Assembly: GCA_043228905.1 (NCBI GenBank)
Contig: JBHGNT010000012.1
Coordinates: forward strand, 6,882,001 to 6,946,000
DNA: 64,000 bases
DNA from: Azolla caroliniana
Taxonomy: Eukaryota; Plantae; Polypodiophyta
Direction of reading: 5' to 3'
Below the pieces are notes generated by a model, which was given only the letters and a program-made list of their open reading frames with translations, had not been told where the DNA came from and searched no databases. The translations under genes were made by a program, and so were the position numbers. Of the stretch, positions 38,284 to 51,573 are shown one piece after another; positions within the stretch are counted from its first letter, which is position 1, and each line of letters starts with the position of its first letter.

Positions 38284-40015
38284 TATATCCGAATTTAGAT
38301 ACATATAAATAAATAAATAATATATCAAAAGAATTTATCACGTGCATAGGGCAAGATTTGAACCATGCACCTCCACGTAGATAAACCCCAACTTTACCAT
38401 TGTAATAACTTATCTTTAGTGTTATAAATATAGATTTAATACGTATAAGACCTTTATTTACACATACCTTTATTAAAAGGTAAAAATCATGTATTCTTTA
38501 GAGTGTGAATATTTTATTTACACGTGACATTAAAAGTGACTCATGCACGTCTAGCGTGCACGAGCCCTATATTTAGAAAATGACAAAGCATCACATGCAC
38601 ATTTAGTGTGCATGGACACTTTAGGTGAAAAAGCATGAAGCCATGCTTAGCCTCTTCCATCTTTATATAAGGAGGAGAAAAATATGTATAGGGTTGTTGA
38701 TTAATATACAAGTTTTTGATCAATCTAATATACTCGTGGGATTCACGAGGTTACTATCTTACTTCTCTTCCTATTATTCATAACTAGCCTTAAGTTGTAT
38801 TCCTCTTCCTCCGAGTCCAAAACCCCGGTGGTTCCCACCCGACTCACGCAAACGATCCGGAGCCGAAAGGCACGACACCGTGCGTCAATGTCGTCCTCTG
38901 AATACACGCTCATTCTTCGGTCCTTAGGTGACCCCATTACACGCTCCTTGTTTCTCCCTTGCTCGTCGTGCTCTCTCACGGTAGAACGTACCGTCATCCC
39001 GACCTTCGTGCCGAGGTCCTTCGCGACTCTCATTACTGCTTCATCCCGACTCGCGCCCACTTGGCCCGCTTGGCCTCGCATGTCCTCCGGGACGCCGCGT
39101 TTTCTCTTCCCGGTGCGTAGCCCTTTGCTCTCCGCTCACCATCCTCCACTCTCGTCGTTCATCCGACGATCCCAGCAACTCACCGCTCCACCTTCCATCC
39201 CATGCTTGCCTCTCAAAGGCTCGACCGGACCGCTATCACCGGTCACTCGTTGCCACTCTTTCGGGTGCATGCTTGTTTCTTGGCCCTTCGCCGGTCGTAC
39301 TGCATGCTCCGTTTCACGCCCTTTACACGCCGTAGTCCCGACTTCCGCATCAGCCTCTTCTTCTTTCGTCCTCGTAGTCCTTTCTAGCTCCGTTTGGCCC
39401 TCTTGGCCCCACTCGTCCGTGTTTCTGCACCTGATACTTGTTTCGGTAACCTCGTCCGCTCTGGCCTCCGACTCCTCGCCGCCACCCGTCGTCTCTCCGG
39501 TCTTACATTGATCCGCAACCATCCAAGTCTCTAGAATAGTTGTGGAGGGTTCCTATTGTTTTAGGTCTTCCACCTAACAGTAGTCGTCGCACCCGCTTGG
39601 CCTCCTTCTCGCGCTCACCGGTTCCCACTGCGTGTTGTGGTTCGTGTACCTCAACCTCCAATCATGCCTGCATAGTCGTTGCCCGGATTGGTCTCGACTG
39701 ATCAGGTTCTGGTTCAGCTAGCTCTCTTCCATGATCATAACCGGCCGATACGGGTTCGACCGAACAATCCTGACCTTGTCGGCTCTTCTTCGGTTCGGGC
39801 CCGGTTGACCAGCCCCTACTCCAATCTTCTTCTCCGTCGTCTTCCGGTAGGGTTGGTTCCCGACTCTCTCCTCTTTGCTGCTCCCAGCCTTCCTTTCGGT
39901 CCTTCCGCACGTGCCCGCTCCAGGCCTCGCATCCTCACGGCCATCGCCCATCTCTCCGGTCTCATGTCGGTACGCAACCGCTAAAGTCTCCGGCCCCAGT
40001 GTTGAGGGATCTATC

Positions 40016-43000
40016 TGTCACGGATCATAAGCTCAAGAGAAAAGCAAGAAGATAACCAAATGGACAAGAAAGAAGATAGTATTAAAGGAAAGACTCCATA
40101 ACTGGTGTTGTTCACCTTGAATTCCTTCAAGGTGAACTCCTCTATTTATACTACATGGCATGCATACTTGTTTGCACGCATGTGAATCTACCCCTCCATA
40201 GGACAAGGTATTGCAAGTGTCGACAGTGCCAACGTGAGTCAAGGATTTGGTTGACCTCGTATTCCTCCCCTGTCGTCAATTGCACAGGTGGTGGTGGTGG
40301 GGCCTGACGTCTTGGGAGTTGTGAAGCATACTGGGGTTCGAGGAGGGAGACATGAAAAACATCATGAATCCGGAAGTGGGATGGAAGGGCGAGCCGGAAT
40401 AGTCCCAACTTCTTGTAATCAAGTTTCGCACATGGACGAGTAGTAGAGATGTGTCGACGTAACAACCAGACCATGTCTCCAACGACAAAGTGTGGAGTGG
40501 AAGATCGATGGCGATCAGCCTGCTTCTTGTATCGTTCACTAGCAAGACTAAGCTCCAAGGATAAATCATGATGTAGTTCTTCCAAAATGCGGGCGCGATA
40601 CTCCGCCGAAGGGTTCACGGAAGTGGTAGGAAGGGAAATGTTGAAGTGAGGATTTAAACCATAGTTGGCAAAGAAGGGAGTGACGCTAGTCGATGCATGG
40701 AGAGAATTATTGTAGGTGAATTCCGCGAGCGAAAGTAAGTTGACCCAATCATCTTGTTGGTAACTAACCGAGCACCGAAGATACTGCTCAAGGATTTGGT
40801 TGACATGCTCCGTTTGCCCGTCAGTTTGGGGGTGATAAGCGGAGGACAACTTGACAGAGATGCCTAAAGTTTATAGCAGGCGTTGCCAGAAGTGAGAGAC
40901 AAACTGGGGTCCACAATCCGAGATGACATCATCGGGGAGTCCATGCAAGCGTACCACATTGTTGAGTAGTAGATGCACCATTCCTTCTCCAGAAATGGTT
41001 TTGGAGCATGGAGTAAAGTGAGCCATCTTCGTAAACCGATCGACAACGACCAACACCGAGTCATAGCTATTGACCAAGGGTAGATCAGTTATCAGGTCCA
41101 TAGAGATAGAGGCCCAAGGACGACGAGGACATGGAAGCGGTTGTAGTAAGCCGTATGGCCGATGATGAATGGCTTTGGAGCGAGCACAAACCTCACAACT
41201 CTTTATGTATTCTTTGACCAACTTCCATGGTTGTGGCCACCAATACCCCCGAGAGATTAGCTTGAGGGTTTTCGCGACCCCAAAATGACCTGCAAGTGGG
41301 TCATCGTGGCATTCCCGCAACACCCGGGTGCGACATGGGCCCTCTGGGACGTATAAGAGATGATCTCGGAACAACAAACCCTCTTGTATGGTGAAGGTGT
41401 CAAGATCCTTCCTTTTGGTCGCCTTGGAGGGGTTTTGCAGACTATCTTGAATCTCGTTGGCGAACTCATCGATCTTGGAGGCATTAGTGATTTGTTGGAG
41501 TAAAGAATCATCCTGCAACATACAAGTGGCAAAAAGATGCAATTGGTCGGGTTTCAATAAACGTCTAGATTGTTGAGCATAAGCAGCATCCCTAGGGCGG
41601 AGTGCAAGGTCAGCTCGGCGAGAAAGGGCATCAACCTTCCCATGTTGGCCACCAGGTCGAAATACGATCTCAAAATCGTAGTCGGCAAGAAATGTCGACC
41701 AACGGGCCTACCTTCGATTCAAAGTACGAGTGGTGGAAAAATAAACTAAATTTTTATGATCAGTCACTACCTGGACACGATGTTGTGTGCCGGCCAAGTA
41801 GGGTCGCCATTCTTCAAAGGCAGCAATGATAGCAGCAAGCTCCTTGTCGTAAATGGCATAATTGATTTCGGATGCCGTAAATTTTCGGGAATAGTAAGCC
41901 ATTGGGTGCATTAGGTTGTTGTCATCTGCCTGGGATAAGATGGCGCCAATGGCAAAGTCAGAGGCATCGGTTTCGACTTGGAAGGGTTTTGTGGGGTCGG
42001 CATGTAGCAGCACCGGGGCAGTGATGAATGCGTGTTTGAGTGAGTCGAACACATTTTGCGCCTCCGAGGTCCATAAAAATGGAGTGCCTTTATGGGTGAG
42101 AGCGATTAGAGGTTGTGCTAGGGTGGAAAACCCCTTGATGAAGCGACAGTAAAAATTCGCGAAGCGGAGGAAGGATTGCACATCTTTAAGTTGCCTTGGA
42201 GTCGCCCACGCCTGAATGACAGAGACCTTCTTCATATCCATGGTGATGCCAGTGGGCGAGATGATGTAGCCTAGAAATTCAATCGAGGTACGGTCGAACT
42301 CGCATTTCTCGCCTTTGGCATAAAGGCCATGCTCGCGAAGTTTGGCAAGAACTAATCGGACTTGGCGAGTGTGCTCCTCCATGTTTGGCGAGAAAATGAG
42401 AATATCATCGAGGTAAATGACAACAAAAAGATCAAGATATTCCCGGAATATATCGTTCATCATATGTTGAAAAACTGCGGGAGCGTTAGTAAGACCAAAA
42501 GGCATTACCTTGTATTCGAAATGCCCATACCGTGTTCGAAATGCGGTTTTCCATTCATCCCCCGGCTTGATGCGTACTAGATTGTACGCTCCACGCAGAT
42601 CAACTTTGGAGAAGACACACGCAACTCAGAGTCGATCAAGGAGTTCGGGGATCAGAGGTAGCGGATAGCGGTTGCGCACAGTGAGTTTGTGGAGACCTCA
42701 GTAGTCGACGCATAAGCGTAGAGAGCCGTCCTTCTTCTTCACAAATAAAATGGGGGCCCCGGCTGGTGACTTAGAAGGTTGAATAAATCCTTTCTCGAGG
42801 TTCTCATTGAGATACACACGAAGGGCCTTCAACTCTGGTGCAGACAACGCATATAGAGGACCAAAGGGTGGACATGCACCTTCTTGAAGATCAATCGGAC
42901 AGTCATAGAGCCGGTGTTCAAGCAAACGATTAGCATTACATTTTTCAAATACGTTGGAGAATTGTCAGTATTTTTCGGGTATAACATGGAGTGTGTTAGA

Positions 43001-45510
43001 AATGGCGCCACAAACAAACCCATCTTGGACCGATGATGAGGTCGTCAATTCGGAGTCGACCGTCTCCGAAGGATAGGAAACTGAATTTACCTTCATACTT
43101 TTGCACGAGCATTTTGGCTTGCTAAATGTGATTGAGCAGTTGCACCAATCCACTATTGGATTGTGCGCCTCCAACCACGTTAGTCCTAGGACGATCGGAT
43201 GTCGAGGAGATGCGATGAGGTAAAAGGCGAGCTCCTCCGGGTGTGAGCCCACCCGAAGCCCTAATGGGATTGTAGCTTGAGTAATTGCACCTGACGAGAG
43301 GACGCACCCATCGATGGCTTCAACTGGAATGGGTTTTGAGAGGCAAACGACAGGTACGCCATGTGCTTGGGCAAACGTGACGTCGATGAAGCAAGAAGAT
43401 GCCCCAGAATCAAGTAAAGCAACAGATTGAATGGAACTAGAGTTAAACGAAAGCCATACCTCCAATGTGAAGTAGGCGAGTGTGAGGATGCCTGGGGTTG
43501 TATGACCGGGGCGTGGCGTGGAAGTGAATGAGGTGGAACCCAAGTCCGGCGCTCTTCTTGGCGAAATTCAAAAAGACGATTGTCACAATGAACTGCTTGT
43601 GAAATCGCTTGGGATATCGAGGTGGGCTCCGGAAAGTTTAAGAGAAGATTCTTGACATTGCTTCGAAGGCCGCACCGAAAGTGATCAGCTAAAGCTTGAT
43701 CATCCCAATTGACATCGCATGCTAGTTGTCGAAATTCTGAAGCATAGACTGAAGCTGCACGCGAACCTTGTTCGAGTGCATAAATCTTGTTAAGAGTTGT
43801 ACGTCGTCGGTCCGTCTCTCCAAATGTGGCCTCTAACTCGGCGAGGAAGGCGGGAAAGTCCTCCAATAGAGGTGACGAGGTTTCTACCAATGGTGCAAAC
43901 CAAGCTTGGGCCGGACTGGAGAGAAGGGTGCCCACAAGGCCGTCTTGTCGAAGACCATCTCCATAACGTTGAGGTTGTAGCCGAATGATAAGTCGCACTT
44001 GGTTGATGAACCCTTGGAAACGCGACCTCGTTCCATCAAATTTTTCTGGGAGGCTAACCTTAGGCTCAAGAAACTGTGACGAAGCTATGCTAGATGTTGG
44101 TAGAAGATCGAGCTCTAGGCTAGGTTGTTGTGGGAGACTAGGGTTCGGGGGTTGTGAGGATAGGGAGGTACCGACTTGAAGTTCTTGTAAAGAATTTCGA
44201 AGAGCTTCATTTTCAAGTTGTAGTTGTCGTAAGGCTACCATTATTTGGCCTAACTCACTAGTTGAGTCGGACATAGCTATGGCTTATGAGAGGGAGAGGT
44301 ATGAGAATGAGAAGGTGAACAAACTATCACGGATCATAAGCTCAAGAGACAAGCGAGAATATAACCAAATGGACAAGAAAGAAGATAGTATTAAAGGAAA
44401 GACTCCATAACTAGTGTTGTTCACTTTGAATTCCTTCAAGGTGAACTCCTCTATTTATACTACATGGCATGCATACTTGTTTGCACGCATGTGAATCTAC
44501 AATAGAGCATGTAGGTATGCATGCATGTGCCAACTGTAAATACTACAAGGGAGCAACTATGCACATGATGCTAGCAAAATAATAAGGATCAATTACATAC
44601 ATAACTATGTGACGGGAACTTGTCGTTCCTTATGCGCAAGACTCGGCCACAACCGAGATTCTTTTCATACACAGAAAACGGGAATTAGAACACGACACAA
44701 AGAAGAGAAATGGTACACAGGAGGTTAACGTGGAAAACCCCAAACTAGGGGGGGAAAACCACGGCAGCCCACAGGCTGCAAACTGTCACTATGTATGAAT
44801 GTACAAAACAGTGAGTTCACCGAGGCAACGACCTCGTGCTCACGATCTTCGCCACAGGCGGCGGTTAAAACAGAGGCCGCGACCTCTTTCTCTCTCTCTC
44901 TCTCTGTACAACGTTACGTGCTCTCTCTTCTTCTTCTTGCACCAACAAGAAAATGACAGCAACAACTTAAAAGTTTGCCCTAAGTCATATTTATACTAAT
45001 ATGACTTTTCGGCTATTTCCAAATGTAGCCACAATGGGCTCTCAGAAACATATTTACGAATATGTCTCTTCCTTCGGTTCATACCGGTTCTGCACCATCC
45101 GGCTCTCCGTAGCCGGGTACTCCTCATCCGGTTCACACCGGGCCTGCACCATCCGGCTCTCCGTAGCCGGGTACTACTCATCCGGTTCACACCGGGCCTG
45201 TATCATCCGGCTCTCCGTAGCCGGGTACTACTCATCTGGTTCACACCGGGCCTGTATCATCCGGCTCTCCGTAGCCGGGTACTCCTCATCAGGTTCACAC
45301 CGGGCCTGTATCATCCAGCTCTCCGTAGCCGAGTACTCCTCATACCGTTTCCCATCCGGCCTATCGGCCTCGGCCGAGTTTGTTCGTCGGCACTGTTCTT
45401 CTCCCTTCCCATCCAGAGGGACCTGTCTCCCAACACTATGTACTAGATATCTTGGTTAACTCATAATACTAGATTATAACTATGTCGTGTCAAGAGTTCG
45501 AATCTTCACA
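40016..45510 (-). mobile_element. Tcn1/Tf1-like chromovirus, decayed (gag, PR, RT, RH, IN, chromodomain)
   Basis: TSD CTATC at 40011-40015 and 45511-45515. 5' LTR 44325-45510 is interrupted and 3' LTR 40016-~40190 is partly deleted. Motifs are PEKFDG, LLDSGAS, MPFGLTNAPA, YLDD, TDAS and EYEVNQILDSR. No TGG tRNA PBS is visible. Confidence 0.9.
44610..45435 (-). mobile_element. Copia solo LTR with ~5 copies of the 51-bp repeat
   Basis: Ends TGACGGG...CCCAACA, with TSD CTATG at 44605-44609 and 45436-45440. Confidence 0.93.
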
Positions 45511-45735
45511 CTATCCTCCGTCCGCTACAATCTTCCTTGTTCTCGTTTCGGTCACCCGCCTTGCCGCCTCCACCGTCCGTCACTCTAGGTCTCACGCCGG
45601 CTCTTAGGCCGGCTGCTGGAGTCTCTAGAACAGGTGTGGGTAAGGTCCCAACACCGTTGCTCGTCATGTCCGTAGCCACCTCCGTCCGAACGTCATTGTC
45701 TGCGGCTACCCCGTCCCCAATTATGCAAGCCTCAA

Positions 45736-46686
45736 TTATGCTTGCATCCTCCTCTTCCTCGTTCTCCTTGTCGTCGTCTTGGTTGCCAACCTTGCCGCCG
45801 CCACCGCCCTCACTCTAGGTCTCACGCTGGTTCTCGGGCCGGCCGCTGGAGTCTCTAGAACCGGTGTGGGTAAGGTCCCGGCACAGCCATTCGTCTCCTC
45901 CTCGCTTGATGTTTCAGGCCACCGTGTCCCGAATCCTCCACCCAGTCTCGAAGTGGTGCTGCCCACTCCATAGTCACCAGTCTCATACATGGCCGTCCTT
46001 TCACCGTAAGATGAGAGGGTGGCTTGCTTCGCACCCTCTCCCTCGTCACCATCATATACTCTTTCGGCCTCCACAAAGGCCCCGTCCTCCACGTGTAGGG
46101 AGGCTTCTTCCCCCGCATCCTCTGATCCTCTCGGGCCCGACTCCACAATAGACCTTCCTTCGGCTTCGAACTTCGCCTTCATGCTCTCATACGCCTCCCA
46201 TACCAACGCCTCTAGGTCGTACTCCTCCGATCCATCATGCGTCGAGCTCTCCTTCGGCGGTAATGTGTAGTCACTCACTGCCCTCTCTTCTCTGCCACTC
46301 GCGGGTTGTGTTGTGGCCGATTGCTTCTCATCGTGTTGCCGGTATACCCACTCCGGTTTCGTGTAACCGTACGCCTCAAATAGAGCTCCCTCAAAGAACT
46401 CCCACAAATCGTGAGCTTCTCGAAGCTCCTTGACCTCTCTGTGCGTCGATACGAACACCACTCGACAAAAATATTCTAGCCTCATTGCTTCGTCCACGCC
46501 CCTCTTCGTCATCTCAACAGTGTACGCTTCTAAGAATCTCGGGACATCATCCCCGTTGAACCGGCCGACTCGATCGACCACCCTCTCTACGGTTTTTTGA
46601 GCCGCATCTCGCCTCGCCTTCTTCCGTCTGGCATCCATCACAATCTTTGCCATCATTTCCGCAAAGTCGAAGTCTTCGTCTTCCAT
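45736..46686 (-). CDS. Gag-derived protein with acidic C-terminal region
   Basis: VGRFNGDDVPRFLEAY resembles NGQFNGKDVSRYLRDY of the autonomous Gag. The ORF starts ~25 nt after the Trp PBS. Confidence 0.7.
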   Translation of the reverse strand: MEDEDFDFAEMMAKIVMDARRKKARRDAAQKTVERVVDRVGRFNGDDVPRFLEAYTVEMTKRGVDEAMRLEYFCRVVFVSTHREVKELREAHDLWEFFEGALFEAYGYTKPEWVYRQHDEKQSATTQPASGREERAVSDYTLPPKESSTHDGSEEYDLEALVWEAYESMKAKFEAEGRSIVESGPRGSEDAGEEASLHVEDGAFVEAERVYDGDEGEGAKQATLSSYGERTAMYETGDYGVGSTTSRLGGGFGTRWPETSSEEETNGCAGTLPTPVLETPAAGPRTSVRPRVRAVAAARLATKTTTRRTRKRRMQA

Positions 46687-48995
46687 CTCCGTCCTCCCTT
46701 GCTACCTATTCACGACAGGTTCACCAAAGATGTCACAGGATTCCGCGAGTACGTGTAAGATATTAGGCGGAATCGCGGGGGTCTTGGAGTAGGGAGTAGA
46801 GGGGGAATGGAAGCTTAGCTCGAGAGGGGAGGAGAAAGAATAGGACATAAACATAGAATGGATGGAGGCAAGATACACAAACGAGTTATATTAAGAAACA
46901 CCAAACGCTTTACAACCATGGCCGCATAGGCCGAACGAAAACACCATATGGAACCCTAACCGGATAAGTAAAGTAAAGAAGATGATGATGAAGAAACCCT
47001 AAGCGAAACCCTAAACCCGAAATGGTATGAAGAAGAAGAAGAATAGTAAAACCCTAGACGAAACCCTAAACCCGAAATAGAAACCCTCGACCTAAGTGGT
47101 ATACCTCTCTCACTCAAAATAGGCAACCCCTTATTCTATACACCATTTCCCTACTATACATGTGCACATGTTGCACATTGCCGACTTGCCCATTCCATCT
47201 CGGTTTCATACCAAAGCCAGAAATCTTCACGACAACATCAACTGGATTTCATCGTCGAATGGCTGGTGTAGAGACAAGTGGTACATTGCACCCCTTGTCG
47301 GAACCACAACTTTTCTAATGTAGGTAAATTTTTGTGTAATGCTGACATATTCATTGTAAAAGAATACGTGTGCAGAAGCGTATGCGAAAGACATAGAGTA
47401 CACGGTTCAGAAGTACGACAGTTCGGCAAAATGCAGAAATCACAAAGAAGGAGAGGGAGAGAGAGAGAGAGAGAGAAGAAAATGAAACTATATTCAAAAA
47501 TAATTCTCAGTATGTTCTCTGTACATACTTCGTGCTCAGTGAGCACCTTTTATACAAGCCCTGACTATTGGGCCGACACAAGTACTGAGAGTACTTGACT
47601 GTTCATAAATGAGCATCCTACACTTACTCCCAAAATTATTCCTTACGAGGAATAACATTATAACGGACTCTCGGTTTACACACTGCCACGGCCATATTGT
47701 GTGTACGGTTTTACGCACCCAGTCTACGCACTGGGTTACGCACCCGTTTACTCCCCCTCAAGCTCAACTTGAGGTTCCATTGACTTTTCCGGATCTTTGC
47801 TCCAACCTCTTCTGGCTTCACGCCTTCCTCATGCTCATCAATCCGTTCAATTCCGCACGCTTCGACCCTTCCGGTCGGCTTGTCTGTTCATGTAGCCCTT
47901 CTCGATGCCTCTTTCGCTGCCCTTTCCTCCGCTTGGCTCTCAGTCGATTTGTAATGTTCAAATCAAACATTTCGATTGAATCGGTCACTACCGATTCAAT
48001 TCCACTTTCGCCCGAATTGGCTGTCTCCAATTCATCTTCTGTTTTCAAGCCCTTGACAACGTCAGACCACGTCTTGGTCTTGGCCTTTACTCCCTTCTTG
48101 GTTGTATTTCCCCTTTGTTCAACTGTCTTCGGGTCTTCCTTGCAATTATGACCCCTGTTATCTTCTTTAGCTTCTTCAGCTGACCCGAAATTGAATTCTT
48201 CATCCGATTCGGCATAGCAGTCACTACCACTCCATTGACGTTCACTCTCTTGTTGTCTCCCCCTCAAGTTCAGCGTGTCGAGGTGGCACAAACCCAGCTC
48301 ACCCGAGAACTGCTACAACTTGTCGAGACCAAGGGGTTTGGTGAAGATGTCGGCAATCTGCCGACCCGTGGGAACATACGCTAGTTCGACTTCACCAGAA
48401 AGCACACGCTCGCGGACAAAATGGTAGTGCACCTGAATGTGCTTGGTCCGAGCGTGGAATACAAGATTTTTCGCAAGATGGATACTGCTGAGGTTGTCAC
48501 AATAGATCATCGTCAGGTCGAACACCTCCACATGCAGATCCCATAATAGTCGTTTCAGCCAAATTACTTCGCATGTAGCGACAGTCGCCCCTCGATATTC
48601 AGCGTCCGTGCTCGACAGTGCTACTGTTGGATGCTTCTTACTACTCCATGCGATCGCCGCACTTCCCAATGAGAATACGTATCCGGATGTGGGTCTACGA
48701 TCATGGGCATTTCCGGCACAATCGGCATCCGTGTAGCCAACTAACTGTTCGGCTACGCCTACCCGATATAGCAACGCCATGTCCTTAGTGCCGCTGACAT
48801 ATCGCAATATCCTTTGTGCATATTGAAAGTGTTCGGCCGTGGCCTGCGAGATAAATTGACTGATCAAGCCGACCGGGTAACTGAGATCCGGCCGAGTGAT
48901 CGTCAAGTAGATTAGGCTTCCGACAATTTGTCGGAACCGTGTCGGGTCGCATGCCTTTCCCGAATCTCGGTGAAGCTTTACGTTTCTATCCAGAG

Positions 48996-49852
48996 CAAGG
49001 TTGTTAGGTATGGTATGGATACCATACGTATATAACATATTAATACGTGTATAGTACCTCCCAATTAAAAAATATGTTAAATACATTTTCTTAATATGTT
49101 AAATACTTATAAAATACGTAAGATACATAAAATACGTATTTTACGTATAGTACGTTAAATACTTCTAGAATTTGAAAAATTATTTACCTTTCTAAAAAAT
49201 ATCTATAATATTGTAAAAAACATCTATGTTTACATAATTTTGTGATGTATAGTATAGTTCTAGATCCTAAAATGCATATAAGACATTTAAACATTTCACA
49301 TCCTAAAATACTTGTAGTAATATGAATGTTGACATTCCTTTATTCTATAAATCAGTGTAAGTGTGTATCACGATGTTCTACTTCAAATTGTAATTATTTA
49401 CAATTATGCCTTCATAGATTGAGGAATCGTCTACGATTATCACACTCATGATAGGTTTCTCTTTTCTTCTTCTTCTTCTTCTATCTTCTACGATTATCAC
49501 ACTCAAAGTCAAGACAAGTTTATGTCTTCTTTACTCTCTTCTTCTTCTTCTTCTTCTTCTTCTTCTTCTTCTTCATCCTCTTCATTATCGTCTCTTCTAT
49601 TCTTCTTTCTTCTTTCCTTTGGTTTCTTTTTCACTAAAATCTTTTTTTTCTTTTGCTTTTTGTTGGGGTTTTACTTACATTTTCTTTATAAATACATATT
49701 ATACCTGTTTTTTTATAAATACGTTAAATACCGTATCAAGGACAAATGTACATGATATTTGATTGAACAACATTGACGCATAGTACGTACTATACAAAAA
49801 ATGAGGTACTATAGGTATTTAAACGTTAAATATGGGTATGTAAACAACCATG
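48996..49852. mobile_element. AT-rich hAT-type MITE
   Basis: TIR CAAGGTTGTT/AACAACCATG with 8-bp TSD ATCCAGAG/ATCGAGAG (one mismatch). It interrupts the copia RT and has an internal (CTT)n tract. Confidence 0.82.
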
Positions 49853-51454
49853 ATCGAGAGGGTTCGAGATGGGCTTACAATCTGTCATCCTGAACTTAAA
49901 GAGTATGTTCAACGCTTAATGACGTTGGCTGATCAATATGCCTTCGGGGGAAGGGATCACTTCGATCCCGAGGAAGTAATAAGGTCTCCAAGATCCTTCA
50001 TTTCGAAAGATGTCGCGAGCTCAGACTTGACACGGCCGATTTCTTCCAGGTCGGCACCGGCGATGACTAAATCATCAACATAAAGTAAAAGACAAACCGG
50101 TCCATGTCGACCTTGCCGAACGAACAATGAAGAGTCCGATCTGGACGTCGTAAACCCCATTCTACGCAATTGTTGCGTAATCTTCGCGTTCCAAGCTCGT
50201 GGGGTTTGTTTAAGTCCGTATAGTGACTTCTTCAATCAGCAAACGGCCGAAGTGTTCTGTTCAGATAGAAATTCGGGGGGTTGTACCATGTACACCTGTT
50301 CCTCAAGAACACATTTTTTACATCCATCTGATGTAATTGCCACCCCTTCGTCATTGTTACGGCTAGCAAAACTCGCACGGTAGTCATCTTCGCTACTAGT
50401 GCGAAGGTCTCGTCGTAATCTACGTCGTGCTTCTACGTGTAGCCTTTCGCAACCAAATGGGCCTTATATCGGTTGACCGAGCCGTCGGTGTTGTATTTCA
50501 CCTTAAACACCCATCTGCATCCAATCAGCTTAACACCTTTAGGCGCGTCAACCAGTTCCCAAGTCTCGTTGTCCGTTAAAGCGCGCATCTCTTCTTCCAT
50601 TGCGACACACCAATTTGCATCTTCCGCCACTTTTGTGTAGCTCTCCGGCTCACGCACTTCCGCCACTTGTGTCATGTACGCGTAATGGTGTGCCATGTAT
50701 TCATTGTACCTGTATATTTTTACGGGGTTTTTCAGGCAGGTAGATCGATGTAATTCGTGATTACCCAATTTCATGACCCTTTTCGTCGATTTCGACCTCT
50801 TCCACGGAGGTTCCTTCTCGATTGGCGAGAAGTCTGATTTGCTCTAATTTGACTCAGCATTGCCGACATTTTCTTCGTCCCTTTTTCTTTACGTTGTCGT
50901 GCCTTTCGGCTCCGGATCGTTTGCGTGAGTCGGGTGGGAACCACTGGGGTTTTGGACTAGGAGAAAGAAGAATATGAGATGAGGCTAGTAATGGATAGAT
51001 TATTAGAAAGAGAAGTAAGATAGCAATCTCGTGAATCCCACGAGTTTAGTATATTTAGTCAATATTTAGGTAGTAAGAGAGAATTATTTTCGCAAATTCG
51101 TGAATCCCACGAATATTTTAGATTGATTGATCATTATAGAAAAATAATCAACAAAAACTACAATGTGCTCCCCATCCTTATATAGTGATGGCAGAGACTA
51201 AGCATAACTACATGCTTTTTCTAATATGTTCATGCACACTAAATGTGCATGTGATGCTTTTCTAATCCTTGCTTTTATTTGCTAAATATAGTGCTCATGC
51301 ACGCTAGATGTGCATGAGTCACTTTTTAGTTGCTTGCGTTTTTCTATAAAATATTCACGCACTCTAAATATACATGATTTACCTTTTAATAAAGGTAGGC
51401 GTAAATAAAGCACTTATAGTTGTTAAATCTATTTGTAGAACACTAAAGATAAGG

Positions 51455-51508
51455 TAGCATAATGGTAAAGTTAAGGTTTGGCTACGTGGAGGTACAAGGT
51501 TCGAATCT
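51455..51508 (+). promoter_or_regulatory. tRNA-type Pol III internal promoter (A box + B box) in an LTR, antisense to the element; also at 54233-54286 and 56977-57030
   Basis: TAGCATAATGG matches TRGCNNARYGG. GGTTCGAATCT starts 43 nt later, and T-runs follow at 51545 and 51582-51594. Confidence 0.6.
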
Positions 51509-51573
51509 TGCCCTATGCACGTGATAAATATCTTGATATTCTTATTTTATTTATTTATATGTAATTAAATCGG

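Larger units (their letters stand above)
31934..38877 (+). mobile_element. Full-length, very young Ty3/gypsy element (637-bp LTRs 31934-32570 and 38241-38877; tRNA-Trp PBS; 4-bp TSD)
   Basis: LTRs run TGTCGT...ACGACA with only ~2 visible differences. TSD CCGT at 31930-31933 and 38878-38881. PBS TGGTGAACCCGACGTG at 32575-32590. PPT GGAGGGGGTGAG at 38229-38240. Confidence 0.97.
31199..47234 (-). mobile_element. Trp-primed Gag-only non-autonomous element (family 2) hosting several nested insertions
   Basis: 5' LTR at 46731-47234 and PBS TGGTGAACCTGTCGTG at 46711-46726. Gag-like ORF at 45736-46686. Internal pieces at 45511-46730, 38878-40015 and ~31545-31933. 3' LTR remnant at 31199-~31543. Confidence 0.75.

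Noticed and set aside
51450-51520. Functional tRNA gene
   Set aside because: A and B boxes are present, but I could form no convincing acceptor or anticodon stem.
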